A stretch of DNA of 63,772 bases, filler included, from Salisapilia sapeloensis CBS 127946 (taxonomy: Eukaryota > Protista > Oomycota): assembly GCA_023334545.1 (NCBI GenBank). It is 12 parts of 12 records of this genome, joined end to end, with 100 filler letters (N's around TTAATTAATTAA, not from the genome) between each part and the next. Parts side by side here need not be neighbours in the genome. Positions count along the whole stretch, not along the records: positions 26,788 to 48,193 come from JAADVB010000287.1; 11 more parts are not named here. One strand, given 5' to 3'. Below the pieces are notes generated by a model. That model was not told the DNA's origin and ran no database searches. It saw only the letters and a program-made list of their open reading frames with translations. Made by a program: the position numbers and the translations under genes. Shown one piece after another: positions 32,473 through 43,645 of this stretch (position 1 is the first letter of the stretch; every line of letters begins with the position of its first letter).

Positions 32473-34183
32473 CGCAACCCGACGTAATCTGGAGCACTTT
32501 TCCATTCCTATCTCTTGAAATACCAGCAGAGTTGGGTGTCCTACAATCGTCCATAAGTCGTATCATTTCTTCCTACCTACAAGCGATAGACAAGAGGTAC
32601 CTGTGTAGCACTCGAACCTCAAACGTCGTACTAGTCTTCCTCACGTTCTCACGCTCCAAGATCCGAGTGATCTCGCAGACATCAAAGAGTAAAACGTGGT
32701 CTACTCTAGCTTTCTTGAGATCCACCATGACTAGCTCTCCCACCTGCAGCTTCAGCCTACATCCAAATCGTGATCAGTCTCGTGTCTACACTCCTATCCG
32801 AACGACGTACTTGTCTCCCCCAATGTCGACATAAGGAGCCTGCGTCTCCTCCGACTGATGATCGTACGGTCGGAAACGAACATCATCCGGCACCATCTCT
32901 TGCAGCAGAATACATTCCGACAGCCACTGGTAGTTGTACACCCTTACACCCTTCTCCTCCTCCTCTCGACATGCAGACGTCATTTCATCTGACAAGAGAA
33001 TGTCCACACACGTATGCTTATCCTGCACTCGATTCACTACCTCCAACGCACCCATCGCCTGCACGAGCGACGCCATGAGCTTCGCGTGCTGGGTACTATT
33101 ACTCTTGTCATGTCGACTCCAGTCCGCCATGACGCCCACTCTTTCCTTATTAAGCAGCTTCAGTCGCTTCGGACCTCGACACACCGACCTCTTCCGAAGA
33201 ACACTGAAGCCGAGAGGTACTTGGTACCCGTCATACGGCAGGAGCTTTCCGGCGGATAAGCAGGCAGAGATCCACTCGGGGTGCAGGACAGGAAACCCAT
33301 ATGCGACAGCAGACTGGAGCTTGAGCTTCCGCCACGAGATAGGAGTGGCGATGACCACGACAGAGTGGCCATTGGTCGACTCGGGCGTGACAAAGTCAGG
33401 GTTGATGACCTGTCCGCCATGACCCACGAGCAGCTCTTGCAGTGTGGGTCCTCCAGTTTTCGAGAAACCAGACAGACAAAACTTTAAACCAGAAAGAACT
33501 CTGCGGACGCGAGACGGATACTCGCTGCTCTGGTCCGTCAGAGCTCGGCTGCGAGTACTCGGTCCGCCGGTCGTGTGCTCTGGTGTCGGAGCACCGGCGT
33601 CTGGAGATGCGAAGACAGGTTGGGGTTCACGCTGTGGTGTGTTCGTACGCTTTTTACAAGGAGGAGTGTCACAAGGAGGCGCTGTTCGCTTGCTCCCGAC
33701 TTGCTCCGATACGTCTCTGCTGTCTCCTGTGTCTTTTATATTATTACTACCCTCGGATTCTCTAGTCTCTACTGTATCGTTGACATGGGATGCTTCTGCC
33801 TGTGTCTGACTCGTTTGATCAAGAGCGTCATTCGCAGTCATTGTGTCGATTTCTATCCCTGTCTCCACTGCTGCTTCTCCAGTCTGTACTTCATCACGGT
33901 CCATAGATGCATTCTTATCACTTTTAACCTGCTCCACAGTGTCTGTACTAGTTGCCTCAATCTCTATTTCGTCTGCTATCTGTCCTTCCGGTCGACTAGG
34001 CTGTGTCGGAGGCACATCCTCATCCTCTACTTGAAAACTGATAGAGTCCATTTCGTCTGGTTGACTGTCATGAGTAACCGACTCTACATTCTGCTCTATC
34101 TTATCCTGCATCTCGTCCATGAGTACTCCAACCTCCTGATCCATCTCGGTCTCTCCGTCCATACTCGTCCGCTCCGCTGTCAT
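32378..34183 (-). CDS. Tandem-BRCT protein with acidic disordered N-terminus and BAH-like C-terminal exons
   Basis: LSGLKFCLSGF..LLVGHGGQVI...AVAYGFPVLHPEWISAC and YNYQWLSECI BRCT motifs; two further exons (LKLQVGELVMVDL..., ...VFYFEDGSE*) via GT-AG introns. Confidence 0.8.
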
Positions 34184-36258
34184 GTTTTCGCGGGAAAATA
34201 GTGTCAACACTATTGTAAAACCGTCTGAGAGCTCATCGCATGCAAGTTGAAGTATAGATCGTTTTACTTGCGCTAGTGAGCTCTTCGCCAATTCAAAGAG
34301 TAACTGTTCATATACTCTTTGCAACAACAAAAAAGCGCCAATTCAGTCGGACAAAGTACAGTGTAGGTCACAAATACCACTCAACTATTTAGTTCACTAC
34401 TGTACTTTGTCTGTTCCGAAATAATAGCGAAGAGCTCAATAGCGCAAGTAAAGCGCGTCTTTCGCGCTCTTTTTCAAACTTGCGAGATATGTCCTACCAG
34501 ACTCAAGTTCAAGTATCTGCATGCCCTGCTTGAGGATGAAAGGAGAAGGAGAACGAAGTCTTACGAATACTGGCAGTAGCCTAGATGTCATTTACTTTTC
34601 AAAGAGGAAAGATCTTAGTGTGTACTATCTAAGAGGAATTGGAGCCCGATTGTAGCATAACACCGAAACATGCTTACTGACTTGATTTGCTACCACTCTT
34701 GACCTCCGCTTACGTCTTCCTTCGGCTTATTGTTAGCTATTTTCGGTGCCTAGAACCATGCATACTTCCCCTGCAGCACTTCGTGCTCTTGTATCCTTTC
34801 CTCCTGGTCGCTTGACCTTCCATTTGTGTCGGCATCTGCCACTAAGAGTCTCTAACTGATTGTTCATTCACCTCCTTCCAGATTTGTGTCCGACGACTGC
34901 ATACTACTATATTCTCCTGCCGTTAAAGCAGCAGTCAGGAGTGATTCACAGAGCTCATGTAGACTAAGGGAACTATCAGTGTCATCTGATGTTAGAGCGA
35001 AGGCAGAGTCCACTAAAGGTTGCACTGCTACCTCCGCTTCTTTGTATACCAGCGCACTAGAGACGCCGCTGTCAAGGCAGGTATGGCATGCTCATTCGAT
35101 GCTGCACACAATTCCTACCTCATAGCACTTGAACTCCTCCTTGTGCATCGTCATCCCGTACGATGCGCAGACTCAGCAGCCATCAAGAACTCCTAGAAGG
35201 CTCATAAGCTACTGTTAATCATCTCGCAATGGCCAAGTGTCGCTTTGTCGCATGAATCGCACAATCTCTGCATCCTGTGCATTCACATAAGGTATTAAAT
35301 ACGAGCTAATTCCTAAGGCGCTGACAATTCATTATAAGACAGTTGCTCTACCTACAATCGCAGTCGTGGACGACGACAGGATAGAGAATCTCGTTTTATC
35401 TCAAATGTAAATATATTCGCACACACTACCCATCACACTCCCTTATGCGTCTTTAGGCAAGAGCATGGATCTAGTCTACTATATCCCCGTTAGACTTGTC
35501 GGTACGAGTAGAAGAATCAAGAACACGCCCAAGTGATCGGATTGGACGCCAGCCTCTTCATGCACAAGACGATCGATGGCATAATCACAATCATCTCGCA
35601 AGTAGAATCGATCCGGAGGGCTATAGACGTCATCGCGATAGAACATGTGCCATTTCTCCGCTACACTTTCGCGTCGAGCTCCACCATCTAGGGCAACATC
35701 CTAGCGCGCATGGCTATGGACTAGTCTAGACAGAGGTAAGCTTACTGCATCTGCACAAGCCTTTTTTGCTCCTCCTGTTGCATCTCAGTCTCTCGATAGC
35801 ACAGCATAAAAGTCGCCTCCGACGAAAAGCGATCCTTCACCTGCAGCATAAAGCGACGAGAATGAAAACGCCTACTTTTCCCTCCGGCCTGTCACCCCGA
35901 AAGGCCACTGATCGCTGCATAACTGGCATTCACCACAATACTTTCTAATAGTCCGACAAGAAACGTTTCTCATCATCTCTAAGCTTTCCCGTGTCTTGGA
36001 ATAGAAAGAAATGCGGTCGGTGGTATTCGTCCAACGCATACCACGTACGTATCCATTCCTCTCGCCTTGAGTCGTGAAACCCACCGACGTCCTGACTTAT
36101 CCATCAGGATGTACCAAGTGTCAGAAACTCCAACAGATCTACTGATCCTCTCGATGAACTGCCAAGTTTCCACATCTCCAGACGCTCATTGGCTGACGCG
36201 TACGACTGCATATTCGATAATAGGAACGAATATGTCGAGTAGAAACGTATAAGCGAAT

Positions 36259-37311
36259 ATGAGCAAGAGCGGAGAAGTGCGAGACGAGCAGGGCCGACGG
36301 AGGTTCCACGGAGCCTTTACGGGTGGATTTTCAGCAGGGTACTTTAACACGGTCGGGAGTGCCGAAGGATGGCAGCCTTCTACCTTTTCCAGCTCCCGAA
36401 GTCGGCGAGCCAAGGTCTCTCAGAACCCCATGGACTACATGGACGACGAAGACTATGCCCAACGAGCGTCTGGAGAAGAAGAGGAAGAGGTAGAGGAGCG
36501 TCCGCAAGAGAGATTCGCATACGCCAACGATCAAGACGAAGAAGTAGTGTATACAACTGGTAAGACACAGGAGGAAGACGAAGACGCCGATACGATCACC
36601 TTTCGCAGTCGACAGCGAAGCACTCGTCCGAAGAAACGCTCCGCCGTGTCCTTTGCCGACGCGCTAAAGGACCCAGAAGGAGACGATTCACACAGCAGTA
36701 AACTCGGCCTCAGCTCTCTCGACGAAGACGAAGTGGATGTGTACGGCGGGTCGTCCATGTCGGACTTTTACACGTCGCTCGGGGGTTTTAAGTCCCAGCG
36801 CAAGCGTCTCAAGGCCGAGTCGTCCCAAAAGCAGCAAATCCAGGGCTTCACCAAGTCCGTTCGACCCGTGTATCGAAAGCCCAAGTTACCAGACGACCAC
36901 CAACCGACCGTCGTGGACGTCCAAGAGACGCCGTACACGCTCGCAGACGACGACTCGACGTACACCAAGCGGAACTACATCCAGCATGCTGTTGGAGACG
37001 ATACCTTCCGGTCCAAGATCGCCGCGTCCATCTCTAAGCGCTTCACGACTTCTGGTCAGACACAAGAGCCGCCGTCTCCTGTCGACAAGAAGCAAGTGTA
37101 CCGGACCACAGACCAGTGGCTACCACACTCTCTCCTGAGCAAGCGCTTCCACGTCCGATCCGCAGCTCTCGCGACCAACAAGGACGATAACGTCCGACGT
37201 ACAGACCTCTTTGAGCAGGAACTCGTGCCGCATCTCGTCGAATACGCTTCGAGTCGCCAGACGGAACGAAAACCTCATGTGACGTACCACACGCCCAACA
37301 AGACGTACTAA
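36259..37311 (+). CDS. GPATCH1: GPATCH1-like protein (DUF1604 N-terminus), G-patch not seen
   Basis: [56 protein letters not shown]. Confidence 0.88.
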   Translation: MSKSGEVRDEQGRRRFHGAFTGGFSAGYFNTVGSAEGWQPSTFSSSRSRRAKVSQNPMDYMDDEDYAQRASGEEEEEVEERPQERFAYANDQDEEVVYTTGKTQEEDEDADTITFRSRQRSTRPKKRSAVSFADALKDPEGDDSHSSKLGLSSLDEDEVDVYGGSSMSDFYTSLGGFKSQRKRLKAESSQKQQIQGFTKSVRPVYRKPKLPDDHQPTVVDVQETPYTLADDDSTYTKRNYIQHAVGDDTFRSKIAASISKRFTTSGQTQEPPSPVDKKQVYRTTDQWLPHSLLSKRFHVRSAALATNKDDNVRRTDLFEQELVPHLVEYASSRQTERKPHVTYHTPNKTY

Positions 37312-37356
37312 CGCTAGCTCCGTATGCAAAGAAAAACTACATTACCCTCCTCTATA

Positions 37357-38859
37357 CTAGTCAAAAGTCATCTTGGTGCCCTTAAAGTTCTGGATGGTCG
37401 ATGCCTGGCGCTTCGGAGGACCGTCACCACGGCCGCCACGACCGCCACGTCCGCCGCCACGGCCACGGCCAAACCCTCCACGTCCGCCACGGTCACCGCC
37501 ACGGCCTCTTCCGCCGCGTCCACCGCCGCGTCCGCCACCACGTCCGCCGCTGCCATTGTCGCGTCCCTTGGCGTAGTTGACACGGATCGGACGGCCGAGG
37601 ACGTAGGTGCCAGCGAGCTTGACGGCCTCATCCACCGCCTCAGAGGCAGCAAAGTCGAGGTGTCCGAAGCCACGGAACTCGCCGGTCTCTCTGTCGGTCG
37701 CGAGACGGCATCCCGTGATCTCTCCGCAGTGCTCAAACGTCTTGCAGACCGTGTCCTCATCGACGTCCCACGCGAGGTTGCCGAGGAAGACGCTCATGCA
37801 CCCCTCTGGCTTCTCGTCGAGGTAGTTGCTCTCCTTCTTGGCGTTGGACGGTCGGATCTTCATCCATCGGCCGCCAAAGTCCTCGCCGTCCTTGGCGAGC
37901 GCAGCCTCCGCGCCTTCCGGAGTGGAGAAGGTAATGTAGGCAGTTCCGGAGGCACGGCCGTCGTGGTTGACCGGCAGACGAGTTGACAGGATCTTGCCGC
38001 AGCCAGCGAACGTCTCGCGGACCTCGTCCTCAGTGGCAGCCCACGGAAGACCCATGATGAAGACCTCGTTCTGCGTCGGCGTGTCGCTCACGTCCTGCTT
38101 CTTGGCGGCAGGAGCGTCCTCCACTTCGGCCTCAGCCTTACGCTTGCCGTTGGTCTTGGGCTCCTCTTCGTCCGACGAGGAGGAGGAGGAAGAGTCTTTC
38201 TTGGCAGGAGCCTTCTTGGCCGGCTCTTCGTCTTCATCCGAAGACGAGTCCGAGGAAGAAGACTCTTCCTTCTTGGCAGCAGGCTTCTTGGTCTCCTTCT
38301 TGGCAGGAGCTTCTTCCTCATCGGAGGAAGAGTCGGAGGAAGAGGAAGACTCCTTCTTGGCGGCAGGCTTCTTGGCCTCCGTCTTCTTCGGAGCAGGCTT
38401 CTCGTCTTCATCCGAAGAAGAGTCCGAAGAGGAAGACTCTTCCTTCTTGGCAGCAGGCTTCTTGGTCTCCTTCTTGGCAGGAGCTTCTTCCTCATCGGAG
38501 GAAGAGTCAGAAGAAGAGGAAGACTCCTTCTTGGCAGCAGGCTTCTTGGCCTCCGTCTTCTTCGGAGCAGGCTTCTCATCCTCTTCAGACGAAGAGTCCG
38601 AGGAAGATGATGCTTCCTTCTTGACCACTTGCTTCTTGACGACCTTCTTGGGCTCTTCATCGTCACTCGAGTCGGAGGAAGAGGAAGACTCCTGCTTCTT
38701 CACGACGGTCTTTTTGGTCTTGACAGGCGCCTCATCGGAGCTCGAGTCACTGCTGCTGCTGCTGCTGCTGCTCTCCTGCGGCTTGGCCTTCTTGCTCTTG
38801 CTGACCTTGGCAGGCTTGCCCTCGGCCTTCTTGCTCTTGGTAACCTTGCTCGGAGCCAT
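37357..38859 (-). CDS. Nucleolin/NSR1/gar2-like protein (K/S-acidic repeats, 2 RRMs, RGG tail)
   Basis: Start MAPSKVTK at 38859; EVFIMGLPW/GTAYITF and VFLGNLAW/RGFGHLDF RRMs; GGRGG tail. Confidence 0.95.
   Translation of the reverse strand: MAPSKVTKSKKAEGKPAKVSKSKKAKPQESSSSSSSSDSSSDEAPVKTKKTVVKKQESSSSSDSSDDEEPKKVVKKQVVKKEASSSSDSSSEEDEKPAPKKTEAKKPAAKKESSSSSDSSSDEEEAPAKKETKKPAAKKEESSSSDSSSDEDEKPAPKKTEAKKPAAKKESSSSSDSSSDEEEAPAKKETKKPAAKKEESSSSDSSSDEDEEPAKKAPAKKDSSSSSSSDEEEPKTNGKRKAEAEVEDAPAAKKQDVSDTPTQNEVFIMGLPWAATEDEVRETFAGCGKILSTRLPVNHDGRASGTAYITFSTPEGAEAALAKDGEDFGGRWMKIRPSNAKKESNYLDEKPEGCMSVFLGNLAWDVDEDTVCKTFEHCGEITGCRLATDRETGEFRGFGHLDFAASEAVDEAVKLAGTYVLGRPIRVNYAKGRDNGSGGRGGGRGGGRGGRGRGGDRGGRGGFGRGRGGGRGGRGGRGDGPPKRQASTIQNFKGTKMTFD
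38231..38578 (-). repeat. Two tandem 174-nt (58-aa) coding repeats in nucleolin
   Basis: KPAPKKTEAKKPAAKKESSSSSDSSSDEEEAPAKKETKKPAAKKEESSSSDSSSDEDE occurs twice, with a few synonymous differences. Confidence 0.9.
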
Positions 38860-39025
38860 CGTATCGTATATAAAAATGAAAGTAGCTCGGTGGCAGCGAG
38901 CCCATGGCCGATTTGATTGGTTTCCAGACACCTGTGCACTTAGACAGGACCCACGGTCCAGACAACTTCAACGTACCCCTCTACATGCACTTTCCCTTCC
39001 GCGGTGTACGCGTGGTGTGGCGCAC

Positions 39026-39841
39026 ATGGAGACCAGCGCCAGCACGCCGTCGGGGGACCAGGCACACGACGTCAGTACGCTCAAAAGACCCTTTGCGACG
39101 GACGATCAAGCTGGCACGGGGATACCGGAAACTACGGTCGATGCGCCTGAAGCTCCACCGGTGGAACTGCAGGAATGCCATCGAATGGCGAGACTGACCT
39201 TTGCCTCCTGGACCGACTTTGACGAGTACTTTGAGCAGTACATGGCGGACACGTTCCAGCCTTTTCGCCTACGCTCTTCCTGCAGTATCGAGTCGTACAA
39301 GCGGAATCGACAGAAGACGAGGGAGAAGCAGAAGCACACGAGAGCCAAGCGCGTCGACTTCCCAGATGACGCAGGACATCACCATCGAATCTACATGTGC
39401 ACGCACGCGATGAAAGCTCGCTGTCGAGGCGCCAAGATGCGTCCTGGGCAAAAGTACAGAGGCCTCGGCTGTCCTGCCAAGATCAACGCCAAGATCACGT
39501 CTGCTGACAACGGATCCGACTACACGGTCGTCGTCACGGATCAGGTAGCTAGCTGTCCCACCCACCTTTGTACTCCTTCTCATTCGCCCTAGGTCGTATC
39601 GCACAACCATCCCGTCGGACCAGACGTCTACGCGGCGTATCCGGATGTGATGCAAAAGTCCCTCAAACGGACCAGAACCGCTTTCAAGATGGACGACGCC
39701 GAGAAACAGGCGCAGCTGGAAGGCGTCCTCCAGAGCATCGCGCAGACCATGGCCAATGTCGACCCGACGCTCTTTGACGCGCAGCTGGCGAGACTGCAGG
39801 ATCTCGAAGCCGAGATCGCCGGGCAGTCGGCGACAGTCTAA
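39026..39841 (+). CDS. FAR1/MULE-type (WRKY-GCM1) DNA-binding-domain protein without a transposase catalytic domain; intron 39545-39592
   Basis: TFASWTDF..Y...TFQPFRLRSS, YMCTH, GCPAKINA, VVSHNHP; 48-nt GT-AG intron keeps the frame. Confidence 0.82.
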
Positions 39842-39990
39842 TACGAATCACAAAACCATTTGGACACGTCAGTCACTTCTTCCGTCGCACATGCTTTTCA
39901 CTAGAGGTAGCTCCAGAGGGAGTCGAGTGGATAGTCCGTTGGCATCCTAGGTGCACTCTATATTCCCCTCTCGTTTCGAGAAAGATAAAT

Positions 39991-40635
39991 ATGCTCGACA
40001 TCCTGCCGGCGCACGTCCTCACCTTTGGCATACGCACCACGCCTCCGCACCCAGACGTCTCCATCACCCTCACCAACCGATCCAACGACCGAGCCGTCGC
40101 GTTTAAATTCAAAACGACGTGTGTCCAAAGGTACTTGGTCGTACCCAACCAAGGACTCGTGCCACCCGCCGGCTGCATCCAGGTTCGAATTACCCTCCAT
40201 CACCCTTTCGGGACTCCGCTCCCCAAAGACGCACGCAGCGACCACTTTCGCGTCCAAAGCATGCTCCTGGAGACGGAGGTCTATGAGCAAGTGAAAGACT
40301 GGTGTGCAGAGGATCGGAACAATGCGCTACGACAACTGTGGATGGAAACGACAAAGGACCATGTTTCTTTATACAAACTACGCTGCCATTTTGTCTACTG
40401 CGGCGCGAGCGACGAGATCAGTCCGCCGTCGTACGAGACGGCAGTCGACTCGGAACTGAGCGACAGCGACTACGCCAGCGGACAGGAGAGCGACGAGTCC
40501 GACCTAGACCTCCTGTCGTCCATCCGAGGCTCCATCGTGTGCAAGAACCTCTTCGGCGAGCGACCGAAGCGTCTCCTCGAGCCGGTCATTCCGTCCCTCG
40601 TGCCATCGATCAACAACCGAGTGCTGCAGCTGTGA
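39991..40635 (+). CDS. MSP (major sperm protein) domain protein without a TM anchor
   Basis: ITLTNRSNDRAVAFKFKTTCVQRYLVVPNQGLV, DHFRVQS; acidic C-terminus. Confidence 0.85.
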   Translation: MLDILPAHVLTFGIRTTPPHPDVSITLTNRSNDRAVAFKFKTTCVQRYLVVPNQGLVPPAGCIQVRITLHHPFGTPLPKDARSDHFRVQSMLLETEVYEQVKDWCAEDRNNALRQLWMETTKDHVSLYKLRCHFVYCGASDEISPPSYETAVDSELSDSDYASGQESDESDLDLLSSIRGSIVCKNLFGERPKRLLEPVIPSLVPSINNRVLQL

Positions 40636-40859
40636 GTATCCGTACCAATTCCATCAACAAGTCTATCAAAACTAAAGAAGTACATCATACACTTGCATCC
40701 GACCTACTTTCCCGTCTTCCGACACCACGTCCATGCCATCTCTTGCCATACTCCGACATACTCGTCTACCGTTTTTTTGTTTCCTTAAAACGTACGTTTT
40801 AGACTGTAAATCGTCTACCTGGACCAGTGTATTACGACCGGATCAGGGAGGAATCAGTC

Positions 40860-41845
40860 ATGTCGGACCTCGATGCGGCCACCTCGAGCTTGACGATCGA
40901 GCCGTCCGACTCGCTCGCATTTAAGCTCCGAAGTCAGACGGCGCCTCAGGCCGTCTTGACTGTCCGGAATGCGTCGGAGAGCCAGAAGCTCGCGTTCAAA
41001 GTGAAGACGACACGGCCCATGCGGTACTTGGTGCGTCCGAATCAGGGGCTATTGGCGCCCGGTGGGTCCATGGCAGTGGTCGTCATTCTGCAGCAAAAGG
41101 ACTGCGACGAGCTACTGCGCCTTGCAGCAGCAGAGCGTCAGCTAGCGAACGACAAGTTCCTCGTGCAGAGCCTGGCGGTGGAAGACGAGTTCTATCAGGA
41201 CGTCCGGTCCAAGTCCCCCAAGGAGTCAGCGGATGAGCTGTCGGCCATGTGGCAGCGAGCGGACAAGAAGAAGACGACGAACAAGAAGCTCCGCTGCCAG
41301 TTCCTCCAGGACGACAGCGACGAGCACGGACAAGAGGACGCACGGGAGAGCAACGTCGCGACGCCAGAGCAGCTCTCCTCCGCCCTCTTGCATGAGAATG
41401 CGACGGACGACCCCACTAGCGTCGATAGCGACAAGGTAGCCGCGTTTATATGTATACCAAAGTAGGATGCTCATGCGTTCTCTAGACGTCCGACGCCGAC
41501 TTTGCTTCTCTCCGGAAGAAATACGACGAAGTACGTTTTAATCTATATCTAGGATACCTCGCTGCTCACATCCGATAGCTCGTGGCCTTCACAGTGCAGC
41601 TGACGGCGCAGCGAGACGTCTTGATGAACGACCTGGAGAAGGCTCGACAAGCCTACCAACGAGCCAACGCCGAGAACGCTCGGAAGGACGAAAGCACGCT
41701 GCGCCATCGACGGCCGAACGCTTCCCCCGGTACCACCTCTTCTGCGGTCACATCGAAACCTGTGCAGCCATCGGAAGGCTTCACGCTCTTCCACCTGGCC
41801 ATCTGCGGCCTCGTCTTCTACCTCTTTGGACGCTACTACTACTAA
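40860..41845 (+). CDS. VAP: VAP/Scs2-like ER adaptor (MSP + coiled coil + C-terminal TM), 3 exons
   Basis: AFKVKTTRPMRYLVRPNQG, DKFLVQ; spliced LRKKYDE|LVAFTVQLTAQRD; TM FTLFHLAICGLVFYLFGRYY*. Confidence 0.92.
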
Positions 41846-41898
41846 CGCTCGAACGAGACTCCATGATTCAACAAGAACTTTGCATTGTGTTTTCTCTT

Positions 41899-43003
41899 TC
41901 AATTCAGAATCGTCGCAAAGCTCATCTTGCGCTTCCCGTCCGACGACAGGGGAGATCGAGCCTTGCGCTTGTGCCCACCCTCGCGCATCGACAGCATGGC
42001 TCTCGCGGCCGTGTCGCTCTCCCCTCGATCGTCCTCTGTCTCCTCGTACTCGTCCAGTCCTTCCATCTGCCGAAGCTGCTGCGCGCCGTCCCGTAGCGAC
42101 TGGACTCTCGTCAGCGTCACCGAAGCGTCCGACTCGGGACTATGCTCTCTCGACGGTCGAGGCGGTCGAGGTGGCGTCTGTGGAGGAACCTCCTCCTGTC
42201 TCTCGCTGCTGGAGACGGAGGTGGTCGTGTGGGGAGGGAGGTGCTTCTCGAGGTCAGACGCGTGCTGATGTCGGTCCTCGTGGTTCTCAATGTTGAATCC
42301 TGTGCTCTGGACGTAGATGCGCTCGAGTCGTCCGATCATCCGAAGGAGAGGGACGTACGTCGCGAAAGGCTGTTTGGTCAGGATGGTCGACATGAACTTG
42401 TGCCGAGTGGCGTACCCCGTCCACTTGTCGTGCTTTTTGAGTATCTAGAAGCGAATCAACAGCCATCCGCTACCTCTTACGACGTCAAACGTACCTTGGA
42501 GATGGCGCAAAAGTTCATCACGGCAAAGTTTTCTAGCAGCAGCAACTCCTTGTACAGCGAGACGCAGTGACGGAGGACGACGGCATGGGCCTCCGTGCTC
42601 GTGTCCGTCGACTGCTGCCGCTGGTACTCGTCGTCCATTTGCCCAACGCGAGCTGCACACTGCGCCTGCTCCTTGACAAAAAAGTCCGAGACCTTCTTCA
42701 CCTCTGCTCTTAAAGCCTTGAAGAACTCCTGCTCTTCGTGCGAATCACCTACGTCGAGGACGTTACGACTGACTTGTATACGCTTCTAACGACATAATAG
42801 CACGTACGGATCGAGTCGTTGTCTTCCTTGGCCACCGGACGCGCTCTCGTTCGGCCGAGATTGCTGTTCCGGAGCTTATCTTCCGCCTGCATCCGAGCGC
42901 AGCCCTTGATAAGCTTCTTGAGAGCCTTGTAGTCGACCCAGTAGGGCTCCCAGGCAGACGGTAGGACCTGGAGTGACTGCTGGAGTAGCTTTCCGAACTT
43001 CAT
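41899..43003 (-). CDS. SPX-domain protein (stand-alone SPX with C-terminal tail), 3 exons
   Basis: MKFGKLL, WVDYKALKKLIK, FFKALRAEVKKVSDFF, LLLENFAVMNFCAISK|ILKKHDK. Confidence 0.92.
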
Positions 43004-43645
43004 GCGGACTAGAGGTGTCTGGATAGGACGATGGTGGATGGAGAGAGGTCTTTCGGCGAGAGAAAGCACGCGTCGTCGTCGCCCAGGTGGTCTTTTGCCA
43101 AGTGCTTATCCAGGGGTTCGCCACTCACTCGAGATTTGTATACACTATCGACCACCAAGTCGACTGTCCACCGAGGTGTCTACAGTGGCTTCCCACATAC
43201 GACTTCATGCCAGAGGCTATCGAGTACGAGGTGCAAACATACAAAGGGACAAGGGACGGTTGTATATCGCTAGGACTGGATGACGATGCGTAGGATTGTT
43301 TCCGTGTACAAGAGACGTCAGATGTCCATAAGTCATCCTCCTCTGCTGCTTTATTTACACTTACGACTTGCCATCTATGCTCACGTGGACCCTACCTCCT
43401 ACGGCCTCGAGACGGATAGCTACGCAAGAACCAGTGATGATAGACTGCTGCGTCAAACGCAACATCATAAACACAGGACCGGAATATAGCGACTCGTCTG
43501 TTAAGTCGCCGACGCCACTTGGCGACCCACATGCACATTCAGCCACGCGCGACGAACGTACGCTCGTAGACGAGATTCAGGCCGAGTCTGAGTCCAAGTA
43601 CCAGGCATCCGCCATTGCATTACATGCAGACGACAATCTGAATCT

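Noticed and set aside
37324-37986. 220-aa plus-strand ORF
   Set aside because: Antisense shadow of the nucleolin RRM/RGG region
37967-39025. 541-aa plus-strand ORF as one protein
   Set aside because: The first 353 codons are the antisense shadow of the K/S/E-rich nucleolin repeats; the real gene starts at ATG 39026
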